Shown: in pieces, positions 39,225 through 51,162 of the stretch | Layout of the letters: each line of letters opens with the position of its first letter | How positions within the stretch are numbered: the first letter of the stretch is position 1 | Source of the DNA: Raillietiella orientalis | Taxonomy: Eukaryota | Assembly (NCBI GenBank): GCA_036172245.1 | Contig: JAYWIR010000051.1 | Span: 124,001 to 188,000, forward strand | Direction of reading: 5' to 3' | DNA: 64,000 nt | Position numbers and translations under genes: made by a program | Notes under the pieces: model-generated | What the model saw: only the letters and a program-made list of their open reading frames with translations | Databases searched by the model: none | What the model was told of the DNA's origin: nothing

Positions 39225-40013
39225 GTGGCTGCGGTCTCTCCGCGCGCGGCACTCCCAAGTGTCGCGGGTTCGAAACCCCGCCCAGGGCGAAGAAGCGCTC
39301 CGCAGGATGAATGGGGGGGGGGAGGCGTCGCGGGTTCGCAGTCCTCATGCAAGATGGTTGGCACTGGTACATGCAGGTGAGGCATCGGTAGCTGAAAAAC
39401 CTGATGCCCCCTGGCCGGGACGGGAAGGTCGACTCTCCATGGTCCATCTAGGACCTTGGAGAGTCGACCTACTCTCTTCGAAATTCCCCTCCGGTTGTGC
39501 AAATGCAGTCGCCATCGTCGTCTTGCCCACTTCTCCACTGGTCCCTAGGGGGGGATCCCTCCATCTCGTACCACGGAGCTGGTGGATCGATGATACTCTC
39601 CAGAGTGCAAGAAGCGCGCTGAGAGAAAAGAGAAACTTGGAGTTCCTTCGGGGTTCCCTTCAGAGGAGGAGGAAACAAGGAACGTTTTTTTCTAGGGTTT
39701 CCTACAGAGAAGAAAAGAGAGGGACCTCTACATGGGGTCCCTCCGGAGAGAATAAGGAAGAGGGGCTTTCCCTTCGTGGTTCCCTTCGGCGACAGCCATG
39801 GTGGAAGGTTCCTTTCGGGACACTCTCCCCCGGCGTTGGAGGAAAGGAACGCCCGGAGCGCTTTCCGGATTCGTAGGGCGATCCCTTCCCGGGGCAGCCC
39901 CTATCTTGAAGAGTCACATGCGCCCTTGGGTGGCGTGGAACAGCGTTAAAGAGCTCCATGAGCCGACAGGGGCGCGACGGTTCTTGAGGTACTCAAAGAA
40001 AAAAAAAAAAAAA
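39225..40013 (+). mobile_element. tRNA-headed SINE, copy 1
   Basis: A-box-like GTGGCTGCGG (39225-39234), B-box GGTTCGAAACC (39267-39277), a body homologous to the reverse complement of 14273-14880, and an A15 tail at 39999-40013. Confidence 0.75.
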
Positions 40014-40525
40014 CGACAGAAGACAGAAACGAATCCGAAGGGATTTCCTTCATCCGGAACGTTTTCGGGACACATCCTCCAATGCCCTCTCCCCCACATA
40101 GAACACGGACTGCTAGAAGAACTTCCCAAGATACTTCCTTTTCGAGAGCTTCCTGTGATTCGATGGAACACTAAAGAGCAGTGACTTTTATTTGACCGGC
40201 CTCTCCAGAGGAAGGCAGCAACGATGCGTTGGTTCTCTTTGCAGTCATATGATGCTTCTTTTAGCTTCCCGTTTACCCCACCCAACTCTTCTGTTTTGCT
40301 CCATTTGATTCCTGGAAGGCAAAATTCTCTCCATAAACTGAACACTGAACAATAAAAAACCACGCCCACACTGCTCACTATTTTCGCTAGAGCTTGGTGT
40401 CTTCATGATGGTAAATAATGCATCCCATATCGTCGGAGATGGCACGATTGGATCTGAGATTGACATTCCATAACAAGAGATCGTTGTTTAGCATTCCGAC
40501 TCTTCATCCATGATCTCTGAACTGT

Positions 40526-40698
40526 TTTTCACCCGGGTGCGCCGGGCGTTTATTACTAAACTATCCTCGAACAAAAGTTCCCAGACAAAGGGCACAAAAG
40601 AACGAAGGGAGCGATCCCTGGCACACAGGTCGGTAACATCGAAAGTCCGGAACGAGAGGAAACCATAAATACATATATAAAAAAATCTAAATAAAAAC
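40526..40698 (-). mobile_element. 5'-truncated 173-bp LINE 3'-end insertion with 14-bp target site duplication
   Basis: Direct repeat GATCTCTGAACTGT at 40512-40525 and 40699-40712. The insert is a T-rich UTR followed by AATAAACGCCCGGCGCACCCGGGTG and a short A tail. Confidence 0.85.
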
Positions 40699-40849
40699 GA
40701 TCTCTGAACTGTAGTGGTCCCCAAAGAATCTACTGATCCTTGGATTTTACCAAACAAAGATGCCATGAGTTCGCCTTAAAGATGATGCAGTTTTGCCGGA
40801 GCACGAAATTGCTGCGAGACCCGCGTGACCACTTTCCTTGAGATCGAAA

Positions 40850-42720
40850 CAACAACCACTCCTGATCATGCAGAGTGTGAGAGGAACACGTTCTCCAGCA
40901 GCTGTTAGCTTCGTGCCCAACACGTTGCGAGCCAACATGCGAATCCCTGCTCGGAGTTCGCCTGACTAGGAGACGATGAATTCGTGCAAGACCGCCGCAT
41001 CTCCCCAGCCATCTTACCATCCGAGCATGAATGGGCATCTTCATACATGAACGCGCACAGCAAACTTCCTCCGACTGATCTGGTAGGTGTTGAAATGAGA
41101 GGAAAACGAAACGGTTAATTCCGCTTCTTTTTTCTAGAACCTTCCTCAGATAACAATAAGTGAGTATTAAGAATAAGAAGTAATATTCATCATTACTTCG
41201 AAGAGCGAATAAAACCGTCATGTTACCTCCTCATAGGCTCGCGTCTTGAATAACTTCCTTCGTTGCTTTAAAGATTGCCTTTCATTACGGGGAGCAGAAA
41301 TCCACCTGCTTGGATGAGCACCATCAGAGAAAGAGCGAATCATCGGCGAGATCCATCCCTCCGTTTTTCAGTGAATGAAGATTCGTCAGAGGCAACTGCC
41401 TGCTACGGACCACAAATCGCAACTGAGAATCTCTTCAGAGGAGGGGAAAGAAGATTTGACAACCTCTTTCAAGGAATGATCCAGAGGATAGAGAATGGCA
41501 GATCGATTTTGCTCCACCTCGTCTGATCCATGGAGGCTTTTTCTCCTCCTGTTCGAAGCCATTTTCTACCTAAACGATTTTTTTTTTTACTTTTTTGACT
41601 GAAGATTTTTAAAGTCCACAGTTCTGGAATGGAATCCATAGCGGAGCCAGGAGCAGAAGTTGTCGCGGGCAGAGCGAATCATACACTTGTGTTAATAGTA
41701 CTGAAGGACCTTACTTGGAAGTCCAGCTTCACTGGAATGGAAGGTCCTTCGCTCCTGACATTAGGAGGTTGAGATGGAGCTTTAGTGGTGCAGAGAAACG
41801 AGATCGTTTTCGGATGCTGACTCATGAACTCCATGTTGAGGGTACCAAGGAAAAGAGCTAAAGACGGTCTTGGTTTCGCGTGCATGAAAGAAGAAATCGA
41901 GAATGGAACATCATGGAGGAGCTACAGGCAAGGAACCATGGAGAATTCATGGCCTGCAGCCTACTCTCCATGAAGGATTGGTGGAGAGGTCTGGGAAGCA
42001 TTTTGAATTCTCCTCCAGTAGAGAGCTCCAGGAGAATCCGAAGAGAATCTGTTTGGAAAGTAATACGTTTTGAGTGCGTGCGTGCGCGCGCGAACGCGCA
42101 TATGATTTTCAAGCACGGTCTGTCTCGATGGTCCCCAATGAGGTGTTTCGCCGTTTTCGCAAACTTCAGATGTTCCTCTTCGGTCCCAAAATGAGCGGGT
42201 AGGAGCAGCGAATGGCCACCGCTGCGTTACGGAAAGTGAGTAGCAGTTGACGGCTCCAGTTTCCTAGTCATCTGCACGTGAGGATTCCTGCTGTCGCTTT
42301 CTGCGAGACCAGGTAAGATGAGTGCAAAGGGAAATCCATCGTTCCCAGAAGGACGGTTCAGTCTCTCCACACATGCAGAAAGGCGGTTTCCTACCTTGGA
42401 AATCCCCAAGGGCAGAATCACATGTCTTTGATTTCGAGGGTACATCGGTGGAAAAGAGTTACATAGGATTGAACCTGTTGGGGAATGAGTTGCACGACCC
42501 TCCACTTGTGGAGAAGACTGGGTATGCATCAGCTATTCCGATACTTATCGAAGAGGCAGGTGTAAGTGATGATGGAGATGAGATCGTCTTAAGCCATCTT
42601 GAGTTTGTGAAGGAACTCATATTGCTCTTTCAATAAAGTGGAATGGTTGCTTGAACTCATCATTTCTGGCAGTGGAAGGCAGAAAACAAAACATCGCTTC
42701 CAATCTGGAAGGTACATCTC
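40850..42720 (-). mobile_element. Decayed LINE reverse transcriptase
   Basis: Ordered remnants YEFLHKL...IPSLLHKWRVVQLIP (domain 1); PQHGVHESAS (2a); VKLDF / YDSL..QLL / LRYGF (3); LADDSLFL at 41339-41350 (catalytic YADD position). Confidence 0.65.
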
Positions 42721-43137
42721 TTACAGTCTGGGACTTTGAATGTAACGAATTTCTACTGAATTGTTACTATTACTACATTCTTTCCGCTTTGTTTGCTGTC
42801 GAAGGAACACCGACGCTCCCTTCCTGAACATAATAATAATCTGACTACGACCGCTTGCAATAGGTCTATGCAGCAGACATGTTAAAAAAATTTCTGTTTG
42901 CTTGAAAAAAATATTGAAAAACTCGATTTTAGAAGTATGCCGTTCAATGGAGGGAATATCGATCAGAACTAGTGATCACTATGTGGTTTTCGTAAAAACA
43001 CGGGAAGTTCACAAAAGAAAAAAATGCTGGTGGACTAGGTATGCATTTTGGTCTGGGTGGCTGAATTATAAGAACTTTCCAGATACATAACTGATTGCCG
43101 TGGACCCACAGGCCCCATTGCTCCCTTCCTACGCCTC

Positions 43138-43149
43138 TTTTGGCGGGAA
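43138..43149 (+). promoter_or_regulatory. E2F-type site TTTTGGCGGGAA upstream of MSH6
   Basis: Consensus match ~190 bp 5' of the MSH6 ATG. A CHR-like TTCAAA lies at ~43246 and a DRE palindrome TATCGATA at 43425-43432. Confidence 0.5.
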
Positions 43150-43335
43150 CCCGAGCTGGTCTCCGAGGTCGCGAACGTGCTCTCCTTGCAAACTGTGGTG
43201 TTGCAGGAGCATCATGGTGTAGTGTGGTATAATGCATCGGAGTGTTTCAAAAGTGCAGCTTCCATCCTGTGTATGTGTACGCTTTAACTATAGAACTGCA
43301 ACCGTTCTACTCTGGAGGTGCGTGGTTGTCTTTTT

Positions 43336-46300
43336 ATGATGGCCAAAAACACTCTTTTGAACTACTTCGTGAAAACACCGGAAGGAACGAAGACCAAACC
43401 CACAAGAAAGAAAGTAGAGTCGCCTATCGATAAGGGTATTATTACTGATTCGTCATTGCTTTTAATTTTTTGACAACTTATTCAAGTATTTGAGAATGTG
43501 TGTTTTTAGAATCGTATTCCGAATTTGAATTGGTATGGGCCAAACTCGATGGTTATCCCTGGTGGCCCAGCATTATATGTATGCATCCGTCAGCAAAAAC
43601 ATTTTATAAGCCAGAACATTATCATGTCCAATTTTTTGAGGAAAACCCATCTCGATCATGGATAAAAGACAAGTATCTAAATTTGTGCATCTGTGCATGA
43701 GTGTTGAGGTTTAGATACAGTGAAAACAGGAAAGCATTATTTTAGACATGAAATTCTCATTGAATTCATGTAGATTTATATAATAAAAGAGGGATTAAGA
43801 TTTATAAAGAAATTCAGTATGCATGTGTCAAGTGTGCACTGTTGAATCTTATATACAAACTCAATCGGTTTTTTCCAGAAACTTGCAAAAATTTTTGGGA
43901 AGACACTCAGCTCCTAGGATTCCGTTCAATAACTCTCAGTGGGAGGATGCTTGTCAAGAGGCAGTTGCTGCCATGGAGCTGAAACTAGAAGAAAGGAGAT
44001 CCTTAATTGTTGACCTGTTACCATCTGATGATGAGGGTGAAAAAAATTTTTAGCTGACTGAATATTTAAACTTTAAATAGATAGTATGGATACACATGTA
44101 AAAAAGAAAAGGGGATCTCAGAAAAGAATTTCTTTTGATGCTTCAGAAGAAATCAGTGTTTCTTCAAAAAGAAAAAGAATAGTATCAGAATCTTCAGAAG
44201 AAGAGTCAGGTAATTTTTATTATCAGAGTTTACACCCTTTGTATTTTTTTATGAAAGCTTAGTTTGCTTCAGGATCTGTATTCTTACGATATATTTTGCA
44301 GGTGAAGATTATAAACCAGAACCAGTGAGCAATAGCAGCTCAGAAGCAGAAACTTCTGGAGATCTAGAAGAAGAAATTTCAACTTCACCAAAGAGAACAA
44401 AAAAATTAAAAGTAAGGAGAATGAGGAATGTGCCTATTGTTTTTTGAAGAGTGGATTGGAAAAGATATGAATGGAATAGTTTTCTCAGATTTCACTCCCT
44501 CTTTCAATTCATGATAAAGATAGAAATATCAGTTAAATGATCAGTATTTTGACATTTGTTTATCAAGGCCTGTTTTGTTTGTTGTAGAAGGAGCAGAATG
44601 GATCACTAAAGTCAAAGTCATTGCCATCCTTCAAATTGGATTCATCTACTCCAAATTCAGCTAGCAGACAAAAGTCACAGGTTGAAACTGATGAGGTCAG
44701 TTATCCACACTAAATATGTCCCCAAACCATTTTCATTACAGAATGTATGCAGTAGTGACCTTTCTGAGTGGTTACATCTGCGACTGGACTTCCTCAAGCC
44801 CAATCAGCTTGCTGACAAACATAGAAGGAAGGAGTCGGATCCAGAATATGATCCTCGAACCTTGTATGTTCCAGAAAGTTTCAAAGCAACACTCACTCCA
44901 GTAAGTCAATAATGTGATGAAAAACAAATTCCCTCTTTAGGCTATGCGGCAATGGTGGGAAATGAAGGCTGAACACTTTGACACTGTGCTTTTTTTCAAA
45001 GTGGGCAAGTTCTATGAATTGTATCACATGGATGCAGTGTTGAGTTTTCAAGAATTGGGACTGGTTCACATGAAGGTGAGAAATAAGTCTCATATGGAAT
45101 CTGACCATGGTTCAGGGTGAGGTGGCTCATTCTGGATTCCCAGAGGCTGCTTATAGCAAGTTTGCCAATTTGCTGGTTCACAAAGGTTATAAGGTAGCTC
45201 GTGTGGAGCAGATGGAGACACCAGAAATGATGGCTGAACGCTGTAAAAATGGTAAGATACACAAAAAATGCAATGACAAGAAGAATCTGCTAGCACCTCG
45301 AAACAGCAAAATGAGTAAAGTGGTGAGACGAGAGATTTGTCGCATTACTAGTGTTGGTACCCGCCGCAGCAGTGCTATGGATCCTGATCTCTCAAGTGAT
45401 CCATCGCCTTGCTTCCTTTTGGCACTGCTAGAGCAGCCTGCATGTCACATAGGCGTATGTTTCGTGGACACAATGCTAGGCGAATTCCACATAGGACAAT
45501 TTGAGGATGATCGTCATTATTCACGTTTACATACCCTCTTGGCACAGTATCCACCTTCAGAGATTTTGTATGAGCGAAATAATCCAGGAGCAACTCTCAA
45601 AAATGTACTTTCTTGCATGGAGTCCAGAAAAGAGGGACTGAGACATGGAAGTGAATTTTGGGATTCACACAAGACACTCTCATTTCTTAGGGAACAGCAA
45701 CACTTAGGTGTCTCTGTAGAAGAATGGCCTCATGCATTAATTGAGATGCTTGATGAAGGTAACAACAAAAAGTTTGCTTCTTATTTTGAATCTTTATTTC
45801 AGCGGATCCTTTGAAGCAAACAGCAAAGCCTGCTTTTGATTCAGCTTTACGTTGTCTGGGAGCAGTGATCTGGTATTTGACTTTGTGTGGAATTGATGAG
45901 GATCTACTGGCGCAAAAGAAGTTCCGAGTGTACACACCTTTGGATTCTCTGCTTGAAAGAGAATCCCATGAAATTCAAGAGCAGCAACATGTTATTCTTG
46001 ATGAAGCAGCTTTGAGGAACTTGGATATTCTTGAGAATGCCTGTTTAGAAAATACGAAGGGAACATTACTGGAAACTTTAGATCAGTGTAATACGCCATT
46101 TGGTAAACGCCTGCTTCGACATTGGCTCTGTCGGCCCTTGTGCTCTCCTGCAGCAATAAGAGCACGTTTGGATGCTGTTGAGGAAGTGATGGGTTGGAAT
46201 GAGTTGACTCAGCAGATTGAACCCCTTCTGAAAAAACTTCCTGATCTACCACGTCTCCTGAGCAAGTACATATTTGTTGTATACTCAATGAGGTCCTGAC

Positions 46301-48057
46301 TCTGATCTCTTTAGGATACATAGCCAAGGATTGATTAGGAAAGATTCTCACCCAGACAGTAATGCCATCTTCTATGAAGAGCATGTTTACTCTCGCAGGA
46401 AAATCATGGACTTGGTGGCTATTCTCCAGGGCTTAGAGACTTTGGAACGAATCCAGAAAATGACAGCACCCCATGTTCAAAGCAGTGTCCTTAAAGAATG
46501 TATTCTGTCTCAAGCTGATGGAGGATATTTCCCAGATGTTGGCTCTCTGATCTCGTTCTTCCTGGAGAGCTTTGACCAGTCACAAGCCCTGAAAGAAGGA
46601 AGGATCATCCCCAGTCCAGGAGTAGATTCCGAGTACGATGGTTGTGTGGACAGCATTGTTTCAGTAGAAGAGCAGTTTAAGCAATATTTGCGAGAACAGA
46701 GTCAACGGTTAAATTGCAAGCTCGTGTATTTTGGCACAGGCAAGAACCGTTACCAGTTGGAGGTCCCAGAACGTGTAGCCTCCTGCCTGGGAGCCCAATT
46801 TGAGCTGCAGTCCCAAAAGAAAGGCTTTCGTCGCTATTGGACTCCCAAGATCAAGAGTTTGTTGGCTGACCTGACTTCTGCCGAAGAACAACGGGATAAG
46901 GTACTTAGGGATATCAATCGACGGATATTTGAGAAATTTAGTCAAAAGTAAGGAGGGCGCAGTTAAATTTGCTGCTCATGTTTCCCTTAGCCAGGAACAT
47001 TGGGATGCTGCCACTCATTGCATTGCTCAGCTGGATGTGCTTCTGTCCCTTGCATCTTACTCAAAAGGCTCAGGAGGCATCATGTGTCGGCCCATAGTGG
47101 AAGAATCTCATGGAGATAAAAAACAGGTGCTCATTAGGAGCCACACTTTGAGAGCTTATGTTTTTGCAGCCGTTCATTGTGATCAAAGATGGGAGACATC
47201 CATGTTTGAGTATGCTGGATGCATTTATTCCCAATGGTGTTGAACTGGGATTAGAGCAGCCTTCCTTACTACTCTTGACAGGCCCTAACATGGGAGGAAA
47301 ATCTACTTTGATGCGACAAGTTGGATTGTTGGTCGTTCTTGCACAATTGGTATGTTCTCTGGACAGGTATACCAACTTTTGGCTTCCAGGGATGTTATGT
47401 TCCTGCTACCTATTGTCGTCTGACACCAGTTGATCGTATTTTTACCCGGCTTGGGGCAAGGGACAATATCATGAAAGGAGAGAGTACGTTTTTTGTGGAA
47501 CTTAGTGAAACAGCATTGGTTTTACGCCATGCCACCGCGAGCTCACTTATTCTTCTGGATGAATTAGGAAGAGGTACAGCTACTCATGATGGGACAGCAA
47601 TTGCATGGGCTGTACTGAAATCCTTGGCTTATCGTGGATGTCGTTGTATTTTCTCTACACATTACCACACCTTAGTGCGCTGTGCTCTTGATCTCCCAAA
47701 TACCTACTTAGGACATATGGTAATATGCATATCAAAATGCGGTTAGCACATATTTTTTAGACCTGCATGGTAGAAAATGATGAAAAAAGTGATTCCACGC
47801 AGGAAAGTGTAACATTTTTGTACAAGCTAGGACGTGGCCCTTGTCCCAAATCATATGGGTTCAATGCAGCCAAGTTGGCTGGTATTCCCTTGGAAATCAT
47901 CCAGAGAGGGAGTTGGTGTTCCAAACAGTTGGAAAGCTATCAAAGGTTGCAAGAGTCTTTCATTTATTTCTGGGTATCTGGAAAAGTTGCTGATGTGAAA
48001 AAGTTTATTGCTAGTGATGCAACAAATTCGGAAATTTATTCGAACCAAGGACGATAA
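43336..48057 (+). CDS. MSH6: DNA mismatch repair protein MSH6 with N-terminal PIP box and PWWP domain, ~1233 aa. Exons 43336-43435, 43510-43672, 43879-44036, 44081-44209, 44302-44411, 44588-44695, 44742-44900, 44941-45075, 45116-45251, 45294-45758, 45803-46265, 46315-46947, 46991-47126, 47170-47349, 47390-47719, 47761-48057
   Basis: PIP-like [21 protein letters not shown], mismatch-binding [11 protein letters not shown], Walker [42 protein letters not shown]. All 15 introns are GT-AG and phase-consistent. Confidence 0.97.
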
Positions 48058-51000
48058 ACTTTTCGATCTCATTATTCTCCGAAAGCAATGCAGGGATTGT
48101 GGTAGAGCATATCTATCCAGGTGGCAATAAAGCTTCAAAAAGCCCCACTTTTGAAACTTTTATCTATGCAATGTAATGTACTGTCAATGTATGGACAAAT
48201 AAGTTTTTTTAAAAAAATACTGAGCATATTTATTTAAGGTAAATACTTTGCTGAGCTGCCACTCTTGTCTTATGCGAATGTCAAGTTCGTACGAGCCCTG
48301 CCGAGTTTTCTTTGCAATTTCAAATCCACTTGTTGAATCGTTCACAATTCAGAGATCGGGCAGACTTGCCCGATCTTTGAACGATGAAGCGCGGTCTCCT
48401 GCAGAAGATTTTGAACTCCAGGCCGAGCTGTCGCCCTGCTCACGCAGCCGAGTCTTCGAGTCCTGCGTGTAACCCTGCATGAATCCGTTGTACCGTACGG
48501 GCGTTGATCGCCAGTACGAAGCCGTGCATTCCAAATGAATTAATTCACTGTTGACAGTCCGCGTAAAGTGTACGATGCTCCCAGTAGTGGCATGACAAAT
48601 GCAGTTGGCGGTGGAACGGAAGGCAAGGGTGCGCATGGCGGCACGTGGGGACGTTCGGTTCTTCGATAGTGACGTTTCCCTCGCAGTTCCCCAAAAAGCG
48701 CTTTTATTATGGAAGCTGGATTCTGCCTTCGGTGACAGCATCTGTTGGTGCGAAGAGCATTGTTTTTCATTTGGAGAGAGCATTCCAACTTCCTTGGAGA
48801 TGTCTTCGACGCATTTTTTGCTGCTCTCCATCTGCCTCGAGATGTCATCCTGCTACTCCCCCATCCTTGCATCCTAGCGCTAGTCTTCTCTTGCCTCCAA
48901 GCTTTTTTCTTCTGGAAGAGAAAATACTCTTCTCCGGATTCGATTTTACCGATCTACTTTTGCTGATTCATCTCAGCAGTTAGCGTCTGCCTGGATCCTT
49001 TTCGTCCTGAAAGTCGGATCCACATCTCCGGGAACGCAGTTTCCCTCTGATGACCTCAAAGACTCATTCATGCCCTTGGAAACTCCTTTCTCGGTGAACC
49101 GTTAGCTCTCCTCTGGGACAGGACAAATCTCCGCTCGAAACACCCAGACGATTGTCGCTTCCAGGATCTCTACCTTTGGACCTCCTCTCCCGAGAAACGC
49201 CCAGGGTAGCGAAGTGTTCCGCTCCCACCGAGGACTCGGCGCACTTTGCTCTAAACTCCTCACTGAAAGCTCTTGCAGCCGTTCCCGCTAGCTCGCCAAA
49301 GCATGCCTTCTAACGTAGAACTCCCTAGGGATAAGGCTCTGGACCCATGGGAGATGAAGGCTTGCTTGTACGTCCCGTCCCTGTTTCCCCGAGTTTGTCT
49401 CAAACGTGGAACTTGGCCTGCCCTTGGAAGATACGGAAATCCTCCAGCGTCACGCCGAATGATGCTGCGGGCGCAAGCACCGGAAAAGAGGCTTCGGTGC
49501 AGCACGCGGAAGGAATCGGCTTCTGATCGGAACTCCTATCGCGGAAGCACTCGTTTGGAGTCTCCAGTAGTCCCTGCCCGCCTTCTTCGATGACGGGACA
49601 CGCAGATAGGCAAAGCTGCAGACACCGAGGCTGCTGACTTGGTCCCCCCGTCTTTCTTCCGATAAACCACCTCCCATCTTTGAAGGCAAAGGAAATCCTT
49701 AGGTCCGTCCTAAGGAATGTTTCAGGTTTCTGCCAAGTCTTTGGCTGGCATTCGTGCTTCTATTAAAAGTCCTGGGTCCTTGCCCCTCACTCTTCTATCC
49801 TCGCTCGATCACAGCAGCAGTTAGTTATGGACAGAGATGTCTCCTTCGGCAACGCGTTCGTGTCTAGGTTCTTTTTGCTGTCAGCATGGCTGCAGAGCAA
49901 GCTGAGGTCACGGAATGGCTCGAGTGAAGGCCAAAAGTCACTCAAACTCGCGTAGCTCAGTTTAAACCAGAATCGGTGCCTTCAAGAACGGATGAACTGG
50001 CAGTCGCTCACGAGGCCTCCTAGTGTTTGCGTGTGGTTGTTTTCGGTGCAGGCTTCGTATCTTCGTTATTTCTTTTGTCCTGTGCGACGCTGCTTTTCCC
50101 GTTGCTGCTGCTGCCATCGTTATCAGTGTGTGTGCTGTTGGCGCTTTCCCTGTTGCTGCCTCATTGTACTTCCAACAAATTCGTTTTGCTTACGACGCAG
50201 CCCAGCGAAAGCCATAGCTTGTGGTGGGGCTTCCGGGCGACCCCGGCAACGGGAAACGGAAAAGGCGGGAAGGCCCTTGGACCCGGCCTGTGCGAAGCTC
50301 CAGAACTAGAAGTTTCTAGAGGGAATGGGAGGACACTCGGCTGCATCTGCTTTCCGTTTCGATTTTTCCGGTGGCGACAGCGCTCCCGCACTCGGCAGCT
50401 GCCCACGTGGGAGAGGGAGAATCGAGCAGCGGCGGTTGTCATGACAGCACGACAGCAGTCCTTCCGTTCTCCATCCGCATACAGAGAGGACCCGCTGTGC
50501 TAACGGAGTCGCTGCAGCGAGCCGTGCGTGCGCGCGCCAGCACTGGGGGAAGGAGGGGAGGCGTGGGCTCTGTTACTCATTGCGGCACGGACGTGCATGC
50601 ACGTTCCTCACCGACGACGCGAGGAGACGAAAGCAACGCCAATTCCAGGTTCTCCCTCCCTTCTTCCTGCTCAAAGCGCATCGATCCGTTCTCGAACATT
50701 CTCGGGCGACGGGTCGAGCGCCTGCCTTTCCGCTCGATCGGCGCGGTAGCCGTGCAGGCAACTGCCGCCTTTCGGCGGCGTGCGCGGGATCGAGGACCGC
50801 GCTTGTGAGCAGGCCTGATGACGGTGGCCCGAGGCGGACAGCGTCTCTCCTCGTCCTCCTCCCCGATCCAAGACGCAGGCGCGGATTCTCAGCGCCAGCC
50901 CCGCCCGCCCGAAATTCTCCACTGCGACTCTGACGACAACGATCGCCCCAGCTTGGCGCGCGGACGACGGTTGTGCGGGTATTCGCGTCCATGCGTGGGG

Positions 51001-51139
51001 GCCATCCGCCCCCATCTGCCCTCGGCCCGCGTTGCCGTGGGCGACGGAGCATACGCAGTCCTCGAGCTGCTGTTACTATCGTCCCAGGAAAGGAGGATCA
51101 TCTTGCTCGCTGCAGAGGATCTTTTTCTTGCCTTACTTT

Positions 51140-51162
51140 GTGTGTGTGTGTGTGTGTGTGTG
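51140..51162. repeat. (GT)n microsatellite
   Basis: Seen directly. Confidence 0.95.
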
